From: Chrysomallon squamiferum | Taxonomy: Eukaryota > Animalia > Mollusca | Direction: 5' to 3' | Assembly: GCA_012295275.1 (NCBI GenBank) | Contig: CM022672.1 | Span: 16,368,001 to 16,432,000 of the forward strand | Length of the DNA: 64,000 nt | Part shown: positions 47,750-62,513 of the stretch, piece after piece | How the letters are laid out: each line of letters opens with the position of its first letter | Numbering within the stretch: position 1 is the first letter of the stretch | Program-made: the position numbers and the translations under genes | Notes under the pieces: model-generated | Told to the model about the DNA's origin: nothing | What the model saw: only the letters and a program-made list of their open reading frames with translations | Database searches by the model: none

Positions 47750-49138
47750 CTGCATAATGAACAGATGAGTTTCAAAAAGTTGTTTTGCACGGAGGCACGT
47801 ACGTCTGTTTGTGCATGCGCACGCCTTTTTGTATTAATATGTATTAGGCCCGATATGTACATGTGAATGCACAACCATAATCGGCGTGGGTGTTTTTAGT
47901 GAATGGATGTCATTTGACGAGGTCTACTTACAGTTCTTGAAACAGTCTATAGTTAATCATGAACTTATCTGATGGCGAGGAATCCATCGTGTTGTTGTAA
48001 TTAACAATACTGATTGTCTAGAAAAAACGAAGTAGTCTTAACAAATGCTTTTTAAAATTCACTGTTACCGCTTTATATAATTCTATTTTAAAATATTTGA
48101 AAATGTTCTGAAATAAAATACGGCACTCGTTATCTTCGTATGTATAAATTATATGTACGTATACGTACGTGTGTATGTATTTATGTACACAATCTGTGTG
48201 GGTTTAAGTGTATATGTATGAAATGCAAGTATTAATCTATATTTGTATGTTTGTATGTATGTACGTTCGTATGTGGTGATACTGGTTTTATGGTTTGGTA
48301 AATAATTATGATTGTATGTTTTTAATTAATTAATTTATTATTATTATTTTAAATTATTATTATAACTACGCACCTTATAAATCATGCTATATTTTTAATT
48401 TTATTGAGTAAGTTTTTGAAAAAACACCATATAATTTGTTCACTTATGCGATTCACTAATAGCGCATGAATGTGCACATTTATGCAGACCTGCGGGACTT
48501 TGAGGTTAGTTAAACTCTAGATTGATCTCACTCTTTTCATCACTTAAATACCATGTGACATTGTAGAAATTAATTCTTTTGCAAATAAATTATTAAACGG
48601 TGATAATGCACGAATGTTTGTTTAAATGAATACTTCAGAGACTTTATTTTATATTTTATTAATTAAAGATTTTTTTTGAAGTGCTGAAATTATTATTGAA
48701 AGTTCCATCCCCTTCGTATGTAATCGATGTTTTATTCATTTTTAAAATATTTGTATTATTGTTAATAAACATAGTTAATTGGTTAATCTGGAAATGAATA
48801 TGGTACAATATATATATATTTATTCATGCTTATTTTTTATTTTCTTAAATTTATAAGCTGTAGATTGATTTTTGTAATATAAGTGTAATTTTTAACTTAC
48901 AACATTATTTTGTTTAGGGTTTCTTATTCGTCTTCATCATCTTACTCTTCATATTTTTCTTCTTCGTATACTTCATGGACTTGTTCCAGTTATGCAATTT
49001 TAAGCATATACCTTTGCATATGTGTTTGAAAATATGTATAGGTGAATGAGAACGTCTGAGAAAGGTGTGTGGAAATGTGTGGGAGTTGGTGAGCGAGTGG
49101 GAGACTGAGTGTGGGTGTCTGAGAGAGTGTGTGAGTCT

Positions 49139-49219
<81 letters not shown>

Positions 49220-49526
49220 GGACAGTGTATGAGAGTACACTGATCATGTCTTTTGGGATGGTACATATTTCCTGCATGGTGCTTAGTTACTATAAATAAA
49301 TAATTAACTAAAAATAATAGTTTGTATAACTAACATTATTCTAATATAATTAATATTTCAAAGAATGAAGTGAAAACATTATTAATTTGATATGGGTATA
49401 ATTTTAAGGATGTTGACAGAGGACTGCAGCGCGGAGGAACAAGCATAAAAATTTATGTTCGAGTAGGCATACTAACTTTGATATGCGGGTTTCATGCTCG
49501 TCATTCCTGTTCTTGTATTGGTTCCG

Positions 49527-49563
49527 TTCTCACAAATGTGAGAATCACAAGGGAAATAACTCT
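49527..49563. promoter_or_regulatory. Palindrome and motif in the ZNG1 proximal promoter
   Basis: TTCTCACA-AA-TGTGAGAA (49527-49544) followed by AAGGGAAATAACTCT (49549-49563), ~200 bp upstream of the ATG in a CpG-containing region. Confidence 0.35.
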
Positions 49564-49759
49564 ACCTGAGCGAAAAGAGAATGTTTTTGTGAGCTAAACC
49601 GAGATAAACAAAGCAACATTAATGATTTACTAAAATTCTTTTGATACATTATTTATAATTACATGTATATAATTATAAACAAGAAAATATATCAGTGATA
49701 TTGTATATATAATTATTTTTAAACGTCACGGTACAATATATATTCTAGCTGGAGTCAAA

Positions 49760-52700
49760 ATGGATAATGTTTCAGACGATGATTCTGTTCCGGATTTAGT
49801 TTCTGCAGACTTAAAGAAAGTACCAATAACTATAATTACTGGTTTTTTGGGTAATATTACATTATGTATTTCTTAGTCTTTCAAACTATGATGTGTTCAG
49901 GTTGAATGAATGGAAATTAAAATACAAATATTGTGCACTGCTACGTGAGTCTTAATTATAAATCAGTTTCAATAAAATCAGAGTAAATATAGATGATAAA
50001 ATAAAACAAGACACACACACGCACACTCACACATACACAATGTTTCATGGTGAAATAATTTTTATTATAAAGTGCTTTAAATCAAAACCAAAATTATTTT
50101 TTTATTTGTAAACATTTATTTTAAATGGCTGTTCTCAGAAATATTTTATGCCTTCAGACTTTCAGTTTTTTTGTTCTCATATTCTAAAACAATAATTATG
50201 ACAAAAATAATGTTTTCCTTTTCTTTAGGAGCTGGGAAAACAACTCTTTTAAATTATGTCTTAAAAGAACAACATGGAAAAAAAATAGCTGTAATACTAA
50301 ACGAATTTGGAGAAGGTAAAAAAAATATGTTTTAACAAATATTTTGAGTTTAATAACATCTTGTAGTTTCAGATTGTCTGTAAAGTAGCACTGTTTCCAT
50401 ATATTGATAATATTAAATGTGTTGGGGTATTATTGAAGAGATATTCATTCATTTGTATCTAAAGAAATTCTTAAATTTTGTATTTCATTGTAAAAATTGC
50501 ATGCTTATAATTACTGCTCATAATATAACACTTGAGGTTGTTCAAAAATTTCACTGTAGGCCTACAGCAGTATTGTCAAAAAAATTATAATAATAAAAAT
50601 AAAAGAGTATATATATATATAATAACTAACAACAGCAATAATGTGATAATAATAACAACAATAATAATATTTTACAGCAATTTCAAATGTTTTCTTTTTT
50701 TTCCAGGAGAATCCATAGAAAAATCACTGTCTGTAGGAGAAAATGGTGAACGCTTTGAAGAGTGGCTGGAACTCAGAAATGGATGTCTTTGCTGTTCAGT
50801 CAAGTCTGTGTTTTCTTTATTGCTTACTGTGGGTGAAAAATAAAAGTTCAGTTCATTGTTATTAACAGTTGGGCCTATTCCACTGACAATACTATCCACA
50901 GAGTAATATTAATAATATATTCTTATCAGTTTTTGTTTGATGTTTTTCATAGTGCGTGGGTGCAGTAAACATTATTATACACATTTCATTTTGTCTGTAC
51001 CTTTACTGTAAATAATAATCTTCATGACTGTATTAATAAACAAGACACGGTACTAAACACTTTAGAATATAAAATCATATATTCTCATCAATTTATAATC
51101 GGGTCTCACAAACTTTGTGGGAGTAATATGAAGAGACAAAGTCATAACTACTCAGTGATTTTTGTCTACATATCCTGTAAACAGAGATTCTTTATGTTTT
51201 TGTTAACAGTAATAAACATTACTAAATTCTCAGATATTTATTATACAGCCTGATCACTTTTTATTTTGCTCTCTGTGAATGTGTATGCAATAATTATGGC
51301 TGTAATGTAGTTACAATGCTGAGGCAATTTTATCTGTGCATTTATTGCCAATATTTCCTATTACCTTTGCCTTCATTAATAACAAGTACTTAAGACAGTT
51401 ATTGGTTTTTCATTTTCCATAGCCTGTGGGCATTTAATATTTAAAAACTCACTTTCAATTTCAATAAATTTCTTAAGCTTTTGTTTGCTTTTGTCAGTAA
51501 TAATAAAAACAAATCTGAAGATAACCAAAAGTTGAAAAGACCAGAAATCAATTAAAATTATTAGGTCTTTGACAGTGAAAAGCTAATGATACATTTGCAT
51601 TCAAAGTTTGTTCAGTTAAGATTTTTTTTTTATATGTATGATTTATTAACTGTTTATTTTTATTATGTAACATTTCCCAGGTTCATAGGACACTTTATAT
51701 GAGTTGTAAAATCTGAAATATAAAATTGCAGAAATTTAAGAAAAACTTGTATATATTATAGATAATTGTGTTTTATTTGTTAAAATTTTCAGTGTCAAAT
51801 TATTATTTATTATGTATATTTGTGTAAGTGTGTGGTCTTTGTGTGTGCTTAATTATTTATTTTTTATTTTTTAGAGACATTGGTGTTCAAGCTATTGAGA
51901 ATCTGATGAAAAAACGTGGTAAATTTGACTACATTCTTCTAGAAACTACTGGACTAGCAGATCCTGGTCAGTTTTGTTTTACCTTTTATATTTTATATAA
52001 AATACAGAATAAATATAAATTTATGGGTTTTTTTTTTTTCTTTTCTTTTTCTTTTTCTTTTTACTTTTTTAAAGTTTATTTAAAAAATACTACCCTATTT
52101 TAAATAGATATTTCACCATAATTTTTATTTCAGGACCAATTGCTGCAATGTTTTGGCTTGATGAAGAACTGTGCAGTGATATATACCTTGATGGTACGTA
52201 GCTTTATACTGTATGAAAATTTATATTAAACTGATAAGATTATTAATCCTGTGTTCTTCAGCTCATTTTAAAGTCTGTGGCTGTTGAAAATGCATGTAAA
52301 GGATATCATGCTATCTTTTGATAAGAGTTAGGCATGTAATAATGACTATGGGTTTCCTCTCATATTATTACAAATTGTATAATAAGTAATAACTGTATAA
52401 ATTAATTCATTCATTCAAAAAATAAAATCAGTAGTTATTTGAATTAAATCATTTTATTCCATTTAGGCTGTTATCATAAATAACTTCACACTTATTTTTC
52501 AATGTAGATTTTTTTAGGGGGTATTTTGTCTTAGTTTTTTTTCAAAACAGGAATTTCACTATTATTTCAGGTATTGTTACAGTAATAGATGCAAAACACT
52601 GTCAAACGGTAGGTATTAAATATTTAAATTTATAATTTGTGATTTATAGTCAGGCTTCATTATTATAAAACTGTTATTTTTACATATATAAAATATTCTG

Positions 52701-55700
52701 AAACATTATAGAAATGTATCAATATTATAACTTGCATTTTTAACTGATATATGTTCACACATACACATGTTGTGAAATGTGCTATAAATAAAAAATTGCA
52801 CAAAAATATAGATTTGAAAAAACATTGTGAATAAGTTTTCCTGACATATGGTCTTTGATAACATTAAAAAATTAAACAAATGGTTTATTAATCGTTAGTG
52901 TTTTCTCATTTCAAAAAAAAAGAAGTAAAAATCAAATTATTGATAATCGAAATTCTTAGCTTATCAAATACTACAAATAAAACACACAAAAGAAGGAAAA
53001 ATAGAGTGAGGAGGAAAATATTACAAATTTTTATTTACAGCATTTTGATGTGACAGAGGAAGATAACTCTGTTAATGAAGCACAAAGGTAAAGTTTTGTT
53101 CTCCTATACTGTCCTGTACAGGCTTGTATTGTTTATATTATGTTCTTTTTTTTAATATTTATATTTTCTGTGTAGTTTTTAAGAACAGTATCATTAATTT
53201 ACTGTTATTGTATTGTAACATATATAGATGCTGATTTTATTTTAGTAACAATTTAAATAAGTAAACTATTTTATTGTTGATATTTTTTAGAAGAATATGT
53301 ATTATATTTTTAAAAAGCTTATTTTGATGTCTATTTTATAGTCAAATGAGACAATCTATATATTCAATATAAAGCTAACTGAGCCCCACTCTCCAAAAAT
53401 ATATCAAAAAAAAGAAATTGGAGAAGTAAGATTTTTTATAATATATATAATGAGCCTATTTTTTATATATAAGTATCTTATTATTTACCATAATCAGACA
53501 AAATATTGTTTTGGTTGATTGGTTTATAAATCTGATAAGACTTAAATTTTACTATCGATATTAAGAAATTAAATAGTTTTGAATATTGAAGTTCAGCGGC
53601 TGTTAATAACTTGACAGTGGATTGTGTTTTGGCAGGCAGATTGCAATGGCTGATGTACTGATTATAAACAAGACAGATCTAGTACCTCCAGAAGAACTAG
53701 AAAAATTAACATCAAAAATCATGTATGTGTTATTTGAACTGAATTCCATATTTGTTTGGGTATACGATTTCTCAGAGTTAGAGGTAGAATTATACAGAGT
53801 GTGCATGGGGACAGTTATTTTATTATTATTATACTGTAGTTGTAATTTTTAATGTGTGTGTGTTTGGGATGGCTTTAAATTTGGCACAGTATAATCATTT
53901 GAAATAAATATCTGTCACCATACAACATTACCAAAAAACATTGGGAAGTTTATTTACTTATTTTATTGATTTTCATTCTTTTAATATAAATCAGGGGTGT
54001 GTAAACTTACTGATCTTACAGGCTGCAGCACTTTAACTTCACTGGCACTATGGCTGCACAAATTTTATTGTGATAATGTAAAGTCTGAAAGCATAACATA
54101 TATAGTTTTGCTTAATTTTCTAACAGCGAACCTCTGTGACTTAAAATGCTGCATATATATAATGGGTGTGTTTACATGTTCCCATGAAAATGAACTTCAT
54201 CCTCTATGATTCTCATTAAAGTCAAAATTTAACAGTTATTAATATTATTTATTCATTTTATTAAATAACAATTTTAATATTGTCAGAAGTAAAAGTGAAT
54301 ACTGGATGCCTTGTTGTGTACTGCATTTGACAGTCAGGAAATTCATGGTTAAATGTGATGAGGTGACATCCTTCCCACAGACTCACATCATCCTATGAAA
54401 TATTTATTAATACTGACATTCAAATTTTGATATGTAATATATTATATTTAAATGATTTGTGAGAAATTTTTATGACTAAAGTTGGGTTTATGTGTGTATT
54501 TGTGTCTTTATCATTTTATTTTTATTTATATTTTATTTGAATTTAAAATAACACAATTTTTGTTGTAGTTCAGTGAACAGTTTTGCCAAAGTTATAAAAA
54601 CAACAAAAGCCAAGTGAGTTTGATACTGATTTTATTTTAGTAATTTAAAAAAGTAAAATATTTATTGTTGATATTTTTAGAAAAATATGTTCAAAAATAC
54701 AAATTGATGTTAAAATTTACATAAATTAGAAATGTTATTTTGTAAACAGTCCAAAACTTTTAAGACAATTTTCCCAAAGATTAAAAGTCTGAAGTGAAAT
54801 AACCTTGAATTCTTCAATTATCCTGTAACGGAAAAAAACCAGGCATTCTGCTTTATAATGGTACAGTCAAAATAACAAAAATATGTTAAATATAATTCAT
54901 TCAGCATTTTTTTCCTTTTTTTCTTTCCCTTCCAGAACCAATCTCAAAGATATTTTGGATCTTGATGCTTACAGAGATAATAAAAAGTAAGATGTTAAAA
55001 GAGGGCAGATAAAGGATTCAAAAACAAACAAAAAAAGAAAGGGGGCAATCATCTTCTTTGTTACAAATATAAATATCAAATGGAAATGTTTCATGAGAAA
55101 GGAAAAAAATTTAAAAAATAAAATAAAAATTGGATATGGGATGAGATATGAAACTAACATTAGCTTTGTTAGGAATTCTGTTGGAAATCCATATTATGAT
55201 TTGCTTGCTTATTCAGTAGAGGATTGTGAAAAGTAAACTTTTACTATTTCAGTTTACAAGAAACATTTAGAAACAGAGGTTTCAGTGAGAATCAGCAACA
55301 TAGCATAGACAAAGTAAGATTTAGATTTATATTTTAAAGTGTACCATGGAACAAACAGCAAAACTCTGCACACTTCAAAATTAATTTTATTCTTCTTGAT
55401 TAGACTTTCATAACAACAACAAGAATAATAATAATAATAATAATATATGCAGTGATATGCTCAGTCTAATATTTCTTTTTTCCTTTTTTATCTATCAGTA
55501 TATGAATCTTATTTGGTTTTTGTTGAACGCTATTGTTAACAAAGCGTAACATAAACCAAGGAAGTATTAAAATACAATTAGGCATTTTTTGAATATATAA
55601 GCTTAAAAAATATTATAAAAATTGAAATCATTCATTGGCACTTTAAACTAAACCAAATATATGGAAAAGATGAAATGTACACTTATGTAATATTTATTTA

Positions 55701-57313
55701 TTATTTAAAAGATCATTGTGCACACAGCTTTGATTGAAAACAGTATCATACAGTGAAATTAGAGACATTTATGAGACCAAGAATACTAAATACTTAAATA
55801 TGTTTTAATTTTATATACATATATATATGGAAAAAAAGTGAAATTTACAATTAAATATTTTTTAAGAGGCAATTTTCTCATTGACAAAATGAAATATTTT
55901 TGTACAGAATGTGAGCACTGTGACTATAGAAATGTCTGGTGACATGACACAGTCAGCACTGGATACATTTCTACAGAACTTACTCTGGGAACAACAGATA
56001 AAAACATCAGATGATCAGTTCATAGAAGTACTGAGACTAAAGGTATAAATTATTTTTTACAACCCTTAGCAGAAAATTCACAACAGATTCAGTGTTTCAG
56101 AAAAAAAGTAGCAGGCAGTATCACTTGTATTATGTTTATCTTATGTAAACAATGTAGTCTGGTAAAAAAAAAAAGCGGGCTTGTATTAACACACAGCCTG
56201 AATTGACATCTGATTAAAATGTATTTGATTGTGAAATTAAAGAAGTTATGAGGAAGGATTTAGTTAATAATGTGACATGTGATGTACTAAACTGTTTTGA
56301 AATGCTGAAGAATGGACATTAAAAGATGTCTTTGACTTTATCATAATTTTAGGTAAGATTTTCAGACTTGTTTATCTAATTGTTTCATAAAAGTAAAGTC
56401 ACATCAAAATTATTGTTATTACATTAATTTAAATTAGCTATGTAAAACTAAATAAATGAAAACACCCCCCCCAAAATTAGGATATCCATGTCACTGATTT
56501 TCCTTTCTTTAAACATGATTTTAAATGCTTTATCTACAAATTATTATAACGTTACTGTAATTGTGTTACATTTTGTTATGCTTATTATGATCCCAAACAA
56601 AACATCAAACTAATGTATTTTCTTTAAAAACATGTCTTAATTATTGTTAAAGAAATATTTTTTTTAAAAATGTAATTTTATTTTAATTCTATCGTTTTAT
56701 TTAAATCATTCTTACAGGGCCTGGTGTCAATAGCTGGTAATCCAAATCAGCTGGTGGTTCAAGCAGTAAAAGACTTGTTTGACTCTCAGTTTACAATTCC
56801 TTGGGGAAACAGCAAACGCTGTAACACCATAGTGTTCATTGGTGAGTGAAATAAACAAAAAATTAAATTAAATGCTGAAATAATTTTTTTAAAAGTTCAT
56901 TACCTATTTGCAGAAATAATAATAAAAATGAAAATTTTAATGCCTAATAATGGAGTAATTAAATTTATGATGTAAGGAAGAAAAAGAGTTTACAAGAAAC
57001 AGAAAATTTAATACGTTTTGCTTATTTGTTTGACCTTATTCAAGTAAGTTATAATTTCAGTATTGAAAACCAGTTAATATAATATTCAAAATTTAGTGAA
57101 ATGAAAAACAAATATCCATTCCTATGAATGAAAAAAGAATTCTGAGTTATTATTGTTCCACTTTTATAAAACCGAAGAACAGTATTTCTTTGACCATTTT
57201 ATTATTCAGACTGAGTTTATTATGTTTGACCTTTGTTTCAAATTTCAGGTCGAAATTTGGATAAATCTGTTCTAAAAGAAAATCTTTCAAAGTGTATTTT
57301 CTCTGACAGATGA
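49760..57313 (+). CDS. ZNG1: Zn-regulated GTPase metalloprotein activator 1 (COBW/COG0523 family), 14 exons, 359 aa
   Basis: Exons 49760-49850, 50229-50315, 50707-50803, 51875-51966, 52134-52193, 52571-52608, 53041-53087, 53636-53722, 54569-54613, 54936-54986, 55253-55313, 55908-56042, 56718-56841, 57249-57313 (1080 nt, in frame). Motifs: ITGFLGAGKTT (G1), [16 protein letters not shown] (CxCC), [11 protein letters not shown] (G3), NKTD (G4), C-terminal LRLKG..VQAV..VFIGRNLD. Also known as CBWD. Confidence 0.96.
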
Positions 57314-57714
57314 CAAGTACTGTCTGCATAAAAACATGATGTGCATAATCATAACGTGTAATTTATTACACACTGAAATTTAAAGTGATAATTTTCTGTA
57401 TTCATTCCTTGAGAAATAATAAAAAATGTTCAGTTTTTATGTCAGCTAACCATCTGAACAAAATTATCTTTCTTTTGTTTGATGTATATTCATAGTGATG
57501 TAAAAATGCTAAATTTAATTTCGTTAAGATAAAAAATGAGTTATTTTATTACTATTTTATTTTTATACATACTGTGCTGAGAATAAACCCCCGAAAAATA
57601 GCTCTTGAGCCCACTTTTAAAAAAATATATACTACTGTAAAGGAAAATATTTGATTTCCTTCTTTATATTGTAATAACTAATTAACAAGAATTAAAAACA
57701 AAAATAAAACAAAC

Positions 57715-60700
57715 ACAAGAAAGTTGAAATGTTTATTTTATATCACTGAACAAAGCACCTTGTTATAAAAATCTTGAGAAAAATATATATATATAAGCTT
57801 GTGTTTCTTGTATATATACATGTCATTGTTTATCACACAAATATTAAATAACAAGTGATTGCTCAATAATTGTTGAAATTTTATGAACTGGAAGCTCAAG
57901 GCACAATGTTAACAAATGTATGGTTTTCCTAACAATCAACACTGTTCAAATAATGTGTGAAATGGGCCAGCATTCTTAATTCACACTATCACTGAAAACC
58001 CAGAGAACAACAAAAAAAACTGCACACTGTATTATTACAATTTATAGACAGTCAACCATGGCAGATAACCCCTTAAAAAAACACGCACTCTTACCCCCAC
58101 AAAGCTTTATTAAAATAAATGGACAGTTTTGATAACTATTTATTCCATCATCCTAATTTGTTTTTTAAATGGGACATTTGCTTTACAGATGTCATAATAT
58201 AAAAAAACCTACCCTATATATTATCATTCAGTGATCACATCTGACTCAATTACAACAGCTTAATATCTGTGTATTAGCATGCCTTCCATATTGCAGACTA
58301 TTACTGTTAAAAAATATATATATACGAAAGAATAGTCTAAATATTTGGCATAGTTGCCACTGCAATGAACCACTGAATGAAAAATAAAACATGGTTGCCG
58401 AGTATATTAATGGAAAGTTTACATTTCTAAATTATAATAACAAAAATATTAATTTTATCAAAACTCTTTTGAGTGATATGTACAAATATTAAAACATAAT
58501 ATGATAGTGTTTAAAAAAAAATGAAATAAAAAATTTCTATTATGTGAAAATACTATAATTTAAAATACAGTATTTATACATCATTATCAACACACCAGAC
58601 AACTTTCTGAAAATATTTTGAAATGTGAATTAAATAAATTATTAAAATATATAACAAAATTATTATTTCCACATAGCAATTAAAATTCAGATTGAAGTCT
58701 AAAGCAACCTAAATTTAAATTGAATAATTTACAAAAAGATTAACAAAATATTTTTAGCTGAAAATGTATCCAAGTAAGTAATTACTGTGTGAAAATGGTA
58801 TGTAAAATATTAAAATTAATCTCAATATTTTAAATATTAACATTATTGCTGATTATATGAGGGTATACAAACACGCTATTTTGTTAGTTTATAACTAAAG
58901 AATATTCATTGTTGGTTTTGTTTCTTCTCATTTTTAAAGTTCTTTGGTTTTATTATTAATTTTGTGGTGCCTTTCCACTGATGTCACAGGACATGTTCTA
59001 TAAATATAATTAAATAAATTAGGTTTGGTGATTGGCTTCAGAAATATATTTATTTGCTGTCGATAAAACAAAACAAATTTTTATATCTCTATATATATAG
59101 TTATATGCATGTTTATGTATTGAAGTTCTGGATTGATTCATTGTAAAAGAATAAGATAATCTGTTTATGATTTACATAAAGACATATGAAATAAAGTATT
59201 AGTTTAGTTCATTTTATATTTTTAAAGAACAAAAGGCCAGCAAAAATAAAAAGATGAGAAAATTTGTAATTTTAAAACTGGAATGTTGTATCATGCTGAA
59301 TAGTAAGAAAAAAGTAACTGCAAATTAACATTTCATGCCAGTTAAAAAATATTAGTGAGATGAATGCTTTAAGTAGTTACTCATTCCAAGAGTGCCTAGG
59401 AATCGAAAGATGACATCATAATTCAAAAATTAGAAGAAAAAAAAAAAGGAAGGAAAGAATAGAAAAATAATAATTTATATTTTCTACTTGAAGTGATTTT
59501 CTTTCATCAGTGAATATTTGTATGTATCATTCATAAGAGAAACTTCAGAATTGCAACTTTTTGAAAATTTGTAAAACATTTAATGGTAGTATGTAATTAT
59601 TTAGATGCATTAGAGACATTTGAGATCACAAACATACATATCCTCAGATAGAAGCCATGTCTCACAAAATAGCAATATGAGGGAGAGTAAAATTTGGCTT
59701 TATATATTGCTAAAAGGCTAAGGATTCCAAAAACATGATTTCGTTTTTATTGTGGACTCGTAAATATATTTAAACAATCACATCTACTGGATTATGTTAA
59801 AAATTATAACCTCATGGTTAAAACAATATTTCATTTTCGGAGTAAGTAAGGGTTTTGAAATATATTAAAATATTTGGAAGTCTGTATCAGAAGACAATAA
59901 TCTTACAATTATTTGAAAAAAAGGTTCAAGTGACTTGACATCCCTTATAATGCTGCTCGGAAAAAATAAAGTCCTGCCTTTTAATAGAAAAATGTTTAAA
60001 AAAATTAATAATAATTAAAAATCTCTAAGAATTAAGACAAAGCTTGTAAAGTATATAAGAAAGTAATTTGTTTTCAAGATTACACGAGTTTCATGTAAGG
60101 TACATACAATGTTTGAAGTAATATGATGAATGTGTTAGTAACACTAATTATTCCAGACACCATGCTTGAGATTCTGAGCAAAATCACACTACATAAAGGT
60201 TAAAAAAAAAGAAAGAAAAATCCCACAAATCCAGAGAATTAATTAAGCCAAAGCTTCTATTCAAAAGTATATAAAAAAGTAATTTGTTTTCTAGAACACT
60301 CAAGTTTCATCAGGGTGGTGCACTTACAAAGTGTTTTGGTATTTTCTTTATAAACCATTACATTTTTACTAAACACAAATACATAAAATGCAAATTCTAC
60401 TAATTAACATTTATGACTAATATAAAAGTACATACAATGTTTTATATAATATGCTGAATGTGTAAGTAAAACTAATTATTCCAGACACCCTGCTTGAGAT
60501 TCTGAGCAAAATCATAGCATGTAAAGGTAAAAACACACAATCCATGCAATAATGTGATGTGAATATAATCTATCTACATTATTTAAGTATTACTTATAAT
60601 TATGTGTCCAGACTTTATTTGGTAACATCCACTGCAGAAAATATTTATTTACATGTGAAATTACATAATGATAATTAAAATCTTTGCATCTTTTATGGTA

Positions 60701-62253
60701 AACTAATGTTTATATCTTAACTTGTTTTCAGTGAAATAGCTTTTGTTATTATTATTATTATTATTCTTTTCATTATTATTATTTTTTTTTTTTTAAGGAA
60801 ACAAAAATGCTGGATGGTATTACTTATTTGTACACAGAAAAGTAACTGTTGTATAAAAATAATATCAAAATTAAGTTTGCTTCCTAGAAATTACTTCATT
60901 TTGTATGGATGTCAAGAAGTAATTGTTCAAATAATAATAATAATAATAAAAATACAAATATAAATAAAAAATAAAAATTTAAATAAAGTAATGTGTATGA
61001 AGATATTATTATTATTTATTTATACATTAATAATAAATGATTAGCTGATGGAATTCCTATATCTTGATTTAAAAGAAAAACATAATGAAACCATTAATGA
61101 AACCATCAATGAAAAATTAAAACAGCCTGCTAGTCTACTTAAAGATTAATTGCTAAAAAGACTACATGGACTGTGAATTTTAAAATAATACTTCTGACTA
61201 ATTCACCCACTTTTCTTCTTGACAGACTAGAGTCCCCCGTCTGACAATAATAATAATGCAAACACAAATGAATATAAATTATACAATAACTAACTTATAT
61301 TTGTATTCTAAACTAGATTATTAGAAACTAACTGCGTGAATCAAGACTTATTCATTAACTTAAACATAAAAATAAATCTACTAGAAGATAAGAAAATTAT
61401 GACAAATTAAATATTGAAGTATATAAAGCTTTCCAATGGTCCCATGAATATTTTCATTAATCTTTTAAAAAAAATTTAGCTTCAAGGATAGTCTATGCAG
61501 TTCTTTTGACATTTTCATTTTCACTTAACCCTGAATACATTAAGTACATTTTTGTTAAAAAAGAAGGAATAATCCAAATTTAGCCAACTTATTAAAACAA
61601 AATTATGAAAACATCTATGATGTGGAATAAACAAATACAAAAGCAAAAAATGTTTGTTAAAGGCATACAAAAGGTGGGGTCTAATTATGATGCCATGAAA
61701 TTTATGTTAAAATGAGTTTGTAAAAATCATGTTTTAAAAATAATTTTGTATTCTGTTCTGTCCACTGATGATTCATTACTTCCTGAAGTCACCAAAATTG
61801 GTGTTTTTCATAAAAAGTATTATATCCAACTATTCACAACTGGTGCTTTTACAAAATCAAAATAAAACCAATAAATAGCAATTTAAAATAGAACCACAAA
61901 ATAATAATAAATAATTAATGCTGAGTATACTGCATTGAAAATATAATTAAAATATTAACTATAGACACCATTCCTGTTAATATGATCAATCATTAAAAAA
62001 AATAAGTTATTTGTCATAAATATATATATGTGTATGTGTGTGTGTGTATATAAATATAAATATATGTATAATTTAATTTTTTTAATTACTACATTAATGT
62101 AACATTTATGTAAGCATAAAAGAAAAACTTTAGGGGCATTTAACCATCTTTTTTCAACCTCTTTTATAGAGTAAATTACATATTAAAAATCTGCAACATC
62201 AAATTATTAAATAATAAATTAATTTAAGTTAAGGAACAATACAAGGCTAAAAT

Positions 62254-62289
<36 letters not shown>

Positions 62290-62513
62290 ACAAAAAAGAA
62301 AGAAATACAAAAATCATTATTTTAAAAAAGCACAACTGAAAACTAAGTTGTAGCTAATTTGCAGTGAAAGACTTGCACAGTCACAGTAGACCATGAAGGT
62401 TTTATTCCTTCCTACATGTCTTATTAATGTGTGAAATTCTGGACCATTCCTGAGATCTGTACACTTTTCACACATCACTCACAGCCTCAACAAATGAAAG
62501 CACTAACATCACA
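57715..62513 (-). other. Putative ~4.8-kb 3' UTR of the unidentified minus-strand gene
   Basis: AATAAA on - strand at 57737-57732 with GU-rich TCTTGTGTTTGTTTT downstream; region is U-rich on - strand and CpG-poor, with no recognisable coding exons. Confidence 0.45.
60020..60532. repeat. Diverged ~190-bp tandem duplication; second copy carries a ~115-bp insertion
   Basis: Shared blocks AAAGTAATTTGTTTTC, GTACATACAATGTTT and ACTAATTATTCCAGACACC(A/C)TGCTTGAGATTCTGAGCAAAATCA in 60020-60205 and 60228-60532. Confidence 0.85.

Noticed and set aside
47760-47900. Mariner-like terminus ACAGATGAGTTTCAAAAAGTT
   Set aside because: No partner TIR or transposase found; too weak to call.
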